Shown here piece after piece: positions 46,996-56,709 of a stretch of 56,709 nt of DNA. A program made the translations under genes and the position numbers. Each line of letters begins with the position of its first letter. The stretch's first letter is position 1. Origin of the DNA: Octopus bimaculoides (lineage: Eukaryota); the NCBI RefSeq assembly GCF_001194135.2, contig NC_068981.1:88051947-88108655 (forward strand), given 5' to 3'. Below the pieces are notes generated by a model. It did not search any database, had not been told where the DNA came from, and saw only the letters and a program-made list of their open reading frames with translations.

Positions 46996-49900
46996 CTGGA
47001 AGAAAACAAGAATGAAATTCTGAGTACAATAGTAGTGATGGAAAAAAACTTGTAGTGAATATAGACTTGCTAACATTTCATACGGAATAATCATCAATCT
47101 TTTTCATTATCATTTAATTGCGCAATTTTTCATGTATGTAGGAGTTAGCTGAGATTTGTTGAGACAGAATTTTCCACAGCAGGATACTCTTCCTCTCACC
47201 AACTCTTACTCATTTCCAAGTAAGGTAATGTCTTCCCTACTCCAAACAGATTTTCATGGAAGATTGTGAACAAGCATCATTACTTGGATAATAGTGAAGT
47301 TTGCTTACAATAAGCATGCAATGTCAAGACAGGGAGACACAAAAACACTACATATGTATGAATAGCAAAATATATGACGAACTACTTTTCAGTTTCTGTT
47401 TTCCAAAGATAACCTGGTTGTGTGCATGATTGAATTGTGATTTCTATGTGGCAAAATGTGAGGTTGGATCGAATCCATTACTATAAGGTCTTTCCCAGGC
47501 CAAAAGTGAAAGTGTTTTTCCTTGGATATAAAATGAAAGGAAATCTTTGATGATAGATAAAGTGTGTGTGTGGGGGATGGGAATATTTTCATGAGCAATT
47601 ATTTAATCCTTGCCATGTCATATTCGCAATAATATATGAGTTTAATAACTTGCACAAGAGAGAGCGATCTTTTGAAAAATTTATTCGCAAAGACAATTTC
47701 TTACAACAAAGTTTCTTGGCACACTTCCATTGATTTCTATCAGCAAGATGCAGGTTTCCATTCAGTTTTATTTCATCAACATGACTAGGACAACATTGAA
47801 TGTGATGAAGATGGCTATAACTTCACAGAAAAGTATCTGTGACTTATGTAATTGCAGGTAATGGTTTTAACTCCTCAGTTAATATTTGATACACCTGAGA
47901 AATTAATACCCATGCTTTTTCATATGTTAATTAGGAATTTAATTAACATATTTGGTAGGTCTAACTTTAGTAATGATAATGTCCAACAACTTGCTTTGTT
48001 CTAAGTGGCAATTCATATTTTACTTTCATTTCTTCATACTTTAGGAAAGCACTTTCTCTTTTCGGTCTAAAAGTCACTTACTTTGGCAAAATAAATACTT
48101 TCACTTGCATGGAGCCATGGAATGAAGTGCCAAACTGTCTTATTTTCAACATTACTAGTTTAATGTCAATGACATATTTTTTCAATGCCATAATTGTGTG
48201 TATGTGTGTGTGTGTGTGGTTTCCATATGTCTCATTTTAACTAAGTCTGACCAGGTTTTTATCCCAATTGATCTGAAATTATGTCCTGTTTTTGAGAAAA
48301 TTTAATTTGCTATTATTTTTATACCGGTTTGTTAGAAAAGTTATGCGGTATTGATACTAATTGGTCTTGCTAGCACATTTTGAAACACCTGTAGCAATAA
48401 TCCAACTAGGATTTGAAGTCAAAACCTTTCTGCTCCACTCTCATGCCAATCAGAATTGTTTCTTCAATTCAAAAATGAAAAAAAAAAAAAAAAGAAAGGA
48501 AAAAGATAGTCAGTGAAAAACTAGATGGCCTCCAGAAAAACCAGTCAGTGAAATCTTCATAGACTGCTTTGCATGAGAAATAGTGAGATTTGTTTTACAT
48601 GAGAAATAGAGAGACTGCAGAGATTAGACAGTTCAACTCATCCCACAGACAATTCACTAAAATTGTTAGAAAGACCTGTACAACTTGCCAGGACATCTCT
48701 ATTTTTGTCTTCCAGTTTTTAACTCTTAACCAAGCCACAGAGAAACGATGGATTTTTGACAACTATACTTAATTCCTCTTCTTTCTTTCTCTCTTACTCA
48801 CACACATACACACGTTCAGGGGAAATACAAACTTCTTTCCAGTGAGTGCTCATATTCCTTTGCTGTGCACACACACATACACACACAAACTTTTGGATTA
48901 AATAACAATGAATTTTTTCATTGTTTGATGAATAAGTAATTCAATCTGTATATTTTATCACTGTTTTTCTAGCCATATTATTAATTGTATAAATTTCTTC
49001 TAGTGTCGACATGTCCCAGAATAAACCTAATGTATTGCATACTTCATATTTCACTTTACTTCGATAGTTCATAGATATTTCCCTTAAAAAATTTTAATTT
49101 ATTATACAAAGTGTACATTTATAAAAGAACTCAAATTTTGCACTATAATCACTGTTTTGCAGAATTCTCTAGGGTACGTAAAGGTAGGTCAGATAGTTAA
49201 AGATTTGAAATCTCAAAGCAAGTTTTTATACAAGTTCATCAGGATTAGGTACCTTTTTTTTAAAAAAAAAGGAAGAAAAGAGAAATAATCAAATTGGAGT
49301 TTCTCATTGTCTCATTGTTAGTAAAGAAGCCACTTTGATACTAAGAGAATTGATGAAATGAATATGTGTCAAAGTCACTTGTTCATCATATATTGTTACT
49401 TTAGAAAGAAAAATCCAGTGGAGCAGAAAAGAAAAAAGACTAGAAAAACAGAGTTAATTTTATATCATGTTGGGATTTTTTCTGAATAGCAATGAATGTA
49501 GGTAAACTGGAATGGTTAACTAGTGTAGTATTTGTATTCTGCACATAGTCTGGTTGTCAAAACAGAATCAGCCAAAATTATTTGTATGAGAGAACTGCTG
49601 TTGGCCTTTTGGTAGAAAAAGAATTTCATTTGCAGTTATACTTTGCCATTCGTGACTATCAATCAGCTATTGTGTTTACTCATCAATAGCATTTTGTCTC
49701 GCAATATCAGCTTGCTACTCACTGACTCAAATCTATCACTGTGTTTATCAGACTGTTTAACTGCTTGTTGTTCATTACTCTTTTTATAAGCTGTGGTCAG
49801 CATAGTCAAAGCTTGACTGATTGAAAATCAATCAGCAATTTTGGATTTGTTAGAATTTTTCACTGATGTTTGTCAAAGAATATGATGTGTAGTTGTAGAG

Positions 49901-50249
49901 GATCGTTGGTTAAATTTTTCTTGATGTTATCACATCCTTAAGTTGTTTTGACCAGATTCCGAAAATTTTGAGAAAAATTATTGGTCAGATTTTAAAAACT
50001 GCTTGAACAATACATAGAATAGGCACAGGAAGTGAACACTGAATAAGTCTTCAAAGAAAAAAAAAAAAGAAAAAATGGGGGTGGAGGGTATCAGGTGTAC
50101 TGTATCAGGTGAACCATGGAGGTTCTGAAGGATGTAATGTCTCAACAGGAGGCAATTTATCCCATATTTCAGCAATTCTGAGTGTGAAAAAAATAATTCC
50201 GAAAGTCATAGAAACTGTGTTTTTTTATTTTTTTTATTTTGTAAGCACG

Positions 50250-52480
50250 TCCAAGAGTGTTAGACATGGAATTCAAAAAGGTGCCCAAGGTTGTTAGTTG
50301 GAAAGATGGTGGATAATCTTGTGGGTGTCTCCCAAGTCAGTTACCAAATGTATGAGCCTTAATGTGTCCATGTCCAGGGAAGCAAGATATTCAAAATATG
50401 GGAGATGCCCGACAGCGGGTATTTGTTTGGCTGCATGTTTCTGAACAGTTTCCAAGAGATTAATATGCTGAGTAGGGCTCCAGGTTGGTGATGCAAACTC
50501 TTTGCATGGATGTACCATAGCCATATACAACTTTAAGCAGCTAGCTGGAGAGTGACTGGCAAAGATTTTGCTGAGTGATGCTAAGATGCCCTCAGCCTTC
50601 TTGACAATCTTAGAGATATAGCTTGTTGAATGCAGATTGCTGTTGACAATAATACCCAGGTCACATTCACTAACAGATTTCTTAAGATTGGTGTTGTTGA
50701 GGGAGTATGTAAAAGCTGAGTTTTCCCTCCCAAAATTCATGGTGATGCATTTGTATGCAGCCAGCTTGAGTTGCCAGTCAGCAATCCATTACTACATTGT
50801 GTCCAGGTCTGATTGCAGGAAAGATCTATAGCACATAGGATCTGTACTTTTTAACTCAAGGTACAACTTGATGTCATTTGCATATTTCAACCCTGAAACA
50901 TTCAAGTTGGCATCTATGCAACAAACAATAATATATAATAATAATAATAATAATATAATAATGTATGCAACAAACAACAGAGGCCCAAGAATGGATCTCT
51001 GTGGTACACCAGAGGATGAAGAATGATGTCCTAGAACTGTGACTACCTCTTTTCAACAGAGAATGAAGGACCTCGACTGGTTAAAGAGATCATCTTACAC
51101 ACCCATTGTACAGTTTTGCCACGTGTCATTTGTGTGGCACAGAATCAAAGGCTTTAGCAAAGTCAAGATAGATAAAATCCACCCATGAGCCACCATCAGT
51201 GATTTGGGTGATGTCCTCAAGAAACTTGATGAGTTGGCTACAGCAGCTAAAGTTGGGAATAAATCCAAATTGTGAGGGCTAAACAAGGTTGTGAGAGCTC
51301 CAGAAGTTTCAGAGTATTTCTTTGACACAGGACTCCATCAGTTTGATGATGCAGCTATTAAGACTGACTGAAAGGTAGTTGACAGGTGATGTACAATCAC
51401 CCTTTTTAAATAGGGGAATGACACTGGCAGTTTTCCTCTGCTCTGGGGTGACACAGTTAATTATTAAGGCAAAATTGGAAGAAAAATAAAAGCTGGTGCA
51501 AAAGAAATAATCCACCATGTTTGAGAAGCAAGACTGGAGAAGCATAGTTGGTCTTATTCTTGAGGTGGCATTGCAGCCTTGCAGGTGTAAATTTCATAGA
51601 TGTTATAGAATTTGATGTTGGAGGTGGTAAGATGGTACATTTGGATCTTCAACAGTAAAAATGCCAGCATAGCATTCAGTAATAAGTTCTGTGCATTCTT
51701 TGGGATCGTCAATAATTCGACCTGTGAGGGGATTGCAAAGAGGGCTGCACATATTTCCAGAACACTTTGCTGTTAGGATTAATTGCTATATATTGTTAAA
51801 ATTCATTGCTATATGTTGCTAAAATTTGTGTCACTTGCATGAGATAGTTGGATGATCTATTATTGCGCCGCCTTCTATTCTCCTCTGTTCTATGGTCTAT
51901 ATTCCTGTTCAGCATTACATTCTCTCCTGGTAAGTCAAACTGTTGCAGTCTCTTCAATTGTACTTTGGGGATTTTTAAAGCATTTGTGTAGTACTGATGC
52001 TTCGCATGTGATCCAGATTGAACCGGGAATGTTCTGAAGTGTAGTATTAACATCTCCAGAATCATAAAATTTGAACCAGTTTGGGCATTGTAACTCAGCA
52101 CTGTAACAGTTCCAGTCTGCTTTTCTCTAGTCAGAGTGAGCAGTTTGGAGGTGGTGATGCTTCTTGTTTCTGCTGATAAGAGAGGGATTAGCAATGACCA
52201 TAGCATGACTGGAGTCCTCAGTAGTGACACTGATAACCATTTCAGGAGTGGTGGTAAAGTGTAGCTTAACGTGTTGTTACCTCTTGTGTAGCAGGTAACT
52301 ACTTGGGACCAACTTGTATCCAGTACTACATCAAGGAAATCATTTGCACTTTGCAGCCAAAGAAAAGTTTCCCAATTACTCTCAGGGTAGTTGAAGTAAC
52401 CAACACTGAAAACGTAAGTGGCTGTTTTCCTAGATGCAGCTTTGAGGATGGCAGAAAGCTGTGTCTTGATAATTTGGTAG
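50250..52480 (-). mobile_element. CR1-clade LINE relic (APE end + RT)
   Basis: VGYFNYP...FLDVV..Q.V..TRGNN, VIPLFKKGD..SPVNY, DFAKAFDSV-like, GVPQ.SILG, KYANDIKLY, CDLGI, MVHPC.EFASPTWSP. Confidence 0.85.
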
Positions 52481-52758
52481 ATAGTAAACAACTCCAAGTA
52501 ACAGTGTTGACATGTTTATGCATATATCACAAAAGAATGTCTCTGGTTGTGGTTGGTTCAAATCATCACAAGGAATTGCTGACCACTACATTTATATTTT
52601 TTTCTCCTTGTTTCTCTCCTTATTTCTTTGCGTTCCTTTCACTTGAAGAGCGTAGCTCGAAACGTCAAAGACTTTCTCTATTCCCGAGCATTAAACTAAT
52701 ACATCCATTTGTTGTTTACACCACCTGTCTTTGTCTGTTGCCTTTTTCGTAAATTCTC

Positions 52759-52797
<39 letters not shown>

Positions 52798-52889
52798 CAC
52801 ACACACGTTTATGTACATGTATCTAAAAATCTATACCTACTGCTTCTATGTTTTAATTGTTCCTTTCTAATATTTCTTTGTTATCTTAC

Positions 52890-53880
52890 TTTTATCTGTG
52901 ATGATTTTATTACCTTCTAGTCTTCTTTTCAGGTTTTGATAAACTAATTAGTCAATCTGTTTAATCCAAGTAATTTTAAAGAGCCTTGTCCCTCGTTTGT
53001 CAAGAAGTCTCTCTTACCTTCAGCAATGTAGAACACAAGGTACTTGAAGTCATTGACCTCCTTGAGTTGTGTACCATCCTTGTAACATATTTGCAGGTGG
53101 CTTTTATCTTCATTGATGGTTATGTATTCAGTATTTTTTGTACTGAGAAAGACTCTGGTTTCAGCATTCTCAAGTGATGTTAACAACACTAGCACATTAC
53201 ACAGGTGTGAGCTGTGAAAGCAAGACTATCAGTATAGTCAAGCACAGAGAGATACATACACGATTTGCTGACATTTTGATGGTGAGGATTTTAAGAGGAT
53301 ATATAACATTGCCTTTCTGTTGACACTATCAAATACCTTGGATAATTTCCTAAATACAATTGATGCCTTTTGCTTGTAGATTCTGAGTTCTTCTATGAAT
53401 CCTTTCCAAGGAAAGGATCTGCAGCAGTGTTGATCAGCTTTTGCTGAAGCTGCTTTGGTTTCATTGTAGGATGGAATAAATATGAGGGGAAAATTCTATT
53501 GAGGAGTTCTAGATTTTTGAGACTAGGAAGGGAGAGTGTAATTCCACTATTCCAAGGAAGATGAACATCACCTTGTTTGGAAATAGAATAATTGAAGACT
53601 TCAAAAAAGCTGTTGGTTTGTTTTCTTTAGAGGTCTCATTCCAGAAGTCCAACAGATAATTATAGAAGAGTGGACTTTTCTGAATGCTGGCCAAGGTGTT
53701 ATTTTGACAAGCAGTGTTGCTTAACTCTTTTATTTCTGGAGAGCTTCTATGGTAAATGACTCCTTCTGGATCAGCGAACTGTCTGCTATTTTGTGCCTGG
53801 GAGAATATGTTACTGACATTCTGTGAAACCAAGGTATAGATACCCCCTCACCCATATTACAGTTGCCTCAGGTTACATGA
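52890..53880 (-). mobile_element. RTE-X-like LINE relic (RT region)
   Basis: LVLLTSLENAET..TEYITINE..LKEVNDFKYL..YIAE; FWNE....P..F.KSSII.FP.K. Confidence 0.6.
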
Positions 53881-54934
53881 TGTCACGCTTACAGGAATTG
53901 TATAGTATGACAACTGATTTCAGGATATCGTCTGTAATCTCAAATTTTAAGAATAAAAGTTAGTTTCTTCTTGGCCAGAAGTTTGCTTCTTGGCATTTAA
54001 ACTCAGATCACAGTAGTTAATTTCAAAAACTACAATTACAACACCCACCCACACAATATGTGTGTGTGTGTGTGTGTAAGTGTTACTATAAACATGGAGT
54101 GTGAGGTGGAGTTTTTCACTGAGAATATTTATCTATATTTTCTTGGGTCATGATGAGTATCTGTTTTCTAACAAAAATCAACTTTCACCACCATGACTAT
54201 TTATCATCAACACAGCTACCAATAGAACCATTGCCATTACCAACTCTTTAATGGCCAAAGAATAGCAACAATTGTTTAGTATGAACAAGTTGAGAATTTC
54301 CATCTGAAACAAAAATAATTATGAGATAATGTTGTGCTCAAGTGTATTTAACTTGTTTTTGATCTTAGGGCAATGGGGATTGACAGCAGCAATATAATCA
54401 ACAAGGACAATACGATCAGTGTCAGCACTAACAATAAATGCCAATCGCCAGCAGTATTGGATTTACCAACAATTCAAGATATCTGGAAAGAAGTCATCAA
54501 GTATAGTCTCAAGAAGGTAGTAGTGTGAAAAGGAGCTGTAAAAGGATTACACTGGATAGTAAACTTGATATTCTAAAAGGTTTTTTATGCAGAAGAAAAT
54601 AAAAAAAAACAGCCACATTACTAAAGCAAAGCTTGTAGCATGACCATACATGACGAAAGGGAAACATTCAGTAAAGTGTTCAAGATGTTACTCCATCAAT
54701 GGTTTGAACCTTATTTTTTCATAGATCTAATGTGATGTTTAAAGTGAGATGGCTTTTCAATGTATGAATTCAAAACCTTATATGGCCAGATTACATCTGT
54801 GACTCTACAAATTTTCCTCAAGCAACAAGTCTACATCAAATTCAGAAAGATATGACACTTGCAAATGATATAGGGTTTGATATAGAGGATGATACAGTTG
54901 AGTTGCTAGTGTTGCACAGAGAAAGTTTATTTGA

Positions 54935-55240
54935 AGAGATAATGATGTTGCCAGTGCTGCTGGACTGGCTCCAGTGTAGGTGGCACGTAAAAAACACCTT
55001 TTTGAGCGTGACCGTTGCCAGTACCGCGTGACTGGCCCTCGTGCCGGTGGCACATAAAAGCACCCACTACACTCTCGGAGTGGTTGGCATTAGGAAGGGC
55101 ATCCAGCTGTAGAAACTCTGCCAGATCAGATTGGAGCCTGGTGCAGCCTTCTGGCTTGCCAGTCCTCAGTCAAATCGTCCAACCCATGCTAGCATGGAAA
55201 GCGGACGTTAAACGAGGATGATGATGATGATGATGATGAT
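54935..55240 (+). mobile_element. Family A repeat with (GAT)n tail
   Basis: Two to three 60-bp units plus the conserved tail. Confidence 0.9.
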
Positions 55241-55479
55241 GTAGTTAAAACTTAAAACAAAAGCAAACTGAAAATACAGATGACAATATGGAAATTCTAG
55301 TAACTACACTTGTCTGAAAAGAATATTGTTACACTCTTGATACTTATAGGGGAAAATCTGCAAATTTTTGCTGATAACAACCCTTATTTTGAACATAACT
55401 TAAAAAATACAAGAGGAATTTACAATGATTTCAGTTCTTATATTGAGTTGTACAAATAGGTGATGTGCCATAAACATCA

Positions 55480-56045
55480 TATCTTATCTTATGCGCCCTT
55501 TTAAAGCCTAGCCAGACTCATGGGCCTGGTTTCCCAGTTTCTATGGCGTATGTGTTCCCCACTCAGCTGGACGGGATGCCAGTCCATCGCAGCGTTACTC
55601 AAGAAACAGGAAGAAAGAGCGAGAGAAAGTTGGGGCGAAAGAGTACAACAGGGGTCGCCACCACCCTCTGCCAGAGCCTCATGGAGCTTTTAGGTGTTTT
55701 CGCTCAATAAACACACAACGCCCGGTCTGGGAATTGAAATCGCGATCCTCCGACTGCGAGTCTGCTGCCCTAACAACTGGGCCATTGTGCCTCCACAAAT
55801 AAATGCGCCCCTTTAAAGCCTAGCCAGGCTCATGGGCTCGGTTTCCCAATTTCAATGGCATATGTGTTCCATAGCTGGACGAGACACCAGTCCATCGCAG
55901 CGTTACTCATTTTTGCCAGCTGAGTGGACCGGAGCAACGAGTGTTTTGCTCAAGAACACAATGCATCAGCCAGTCCAGGAATCAAAACCACAATCTTATG
56001 ATCATTATGCTGACACCCTAACTACTAAGCCACATACCTCCACAT
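55480..56045 (-). mobile_element. Two tandem family D SINE variants sharing a 3' tail
   Basis: ATGCGCCC.TTTAAAGCCTAGCCAG.CTCATGGG occurs at ~55490 and ~55805, and each copy ends in a tRNA-like head. Confidence 0.85.
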
Positions 56046-56709
56046 CATAAACAGCAAACATTTTTTTTTAATAAGTTCTTTGTCCTTCAAATAGATGTTG
56101 CATATGATGAACTAAAATATAGTGACTCTATATTATAAATAATGGTCATTACATAGTTTTCCTTTATTAGAACAAATTTACTGATAGGTTTACTCAATTA
56201 GTCGATTGATAAGTTGAGAAAAATTTACATATACACACGCCACATTATTTCAAGTATTTTTATTTTATGTCAGACCATGTCTTCCCTGACAGATAGGCCT
56301 TTTTATCAGGATGGGTTTCTGCATTATTTGAGTCAGTTTATAATGTCTTGATAAAGGATGTTTCTTGTTTTCCATTTGGTGCAGTAGTGTAAAAAATTTT
56401 TGGTCAATATACAGTTTGAGATCCGTTAATGAAAACAAAAAAAAAACAAAAACAAAACAAAAAAGCAACAAAAAAAAAACAAACAACCCAGCCTACTAGG
56501 TGTAATAAAAAAATGTGTAGAAAATGGATATGAAAAATAAATGTGTGCAAACGAACGGGGGGTGAGGTTGGGGAGACAACTTTCGGAAAATTCACAAGAT
56601 CCGATTTTTTCCCTCATAGCTTACAGGAAAATGGATATCTTTTAATGAAATTTTACAGAAACACTTTCAAACAGCATAGATTACGATTATAAAGAAATTT
56701 GTGGGGAAA

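Noticed and set aside
54368-54530. ~55-codon open frame (MGIDSSNIINK...IWKEVIKYSLKK)
   Set aside because: It has a weak donor and no recognisable domain, and its length is within chance expectation.

Overview
AT-rich, repeat-dense animal genomic DNA from a gapped draft scaffold. The SINE families (CORE-type OR2-like, tRNA-Arg OR1-like, (GAT)n-tailed RTE 3' ends) point to an octopus or other coleoid cephalopod; this is an inference from recognised repeats, not from a search. I could not identify any host protein-coding gene. There is only a tentative chain of minus-strand exon-like segments and one plus-strand donor/acceptor pair. Almost all long ORFs are decayed transposon ORFs or microsatellite artefacts. 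Recognisable elements: a Penelope/Poseidon-type element (RT + GIY-YIG, ~5.43-6.82 kb); a Ty3/Gypsy-order LTR retrotransposon (7.6-11.6 kb, minus); a CRE-like RLE non-LTR element with an N-terminal PHD finger (13.0-16.3 kb); a Mag-type gypsy LTR/gag fragment; RTE, CR1 and RTE-X-like LINE fragments; mariner relics; hAT, piggyBac and mariner MITEs; many SINEs; and a 5S rRNA-derived insert. The best candidate for an undescribed system is a Penelope-linked module in which a tRNA-like Pol III head is joined to a minimal type I hammerhead ribozyme. It caps the autonomous Penelope ORF and also occurs twice as a ~490-bp foldback unit with matching termini and 12-bp TSDs. Also notable are a 5S rRNA + SINE-tail chimera with a TSD, and a ~400-bp tandem unit that has taken several different insertions and micro-rearrangements.
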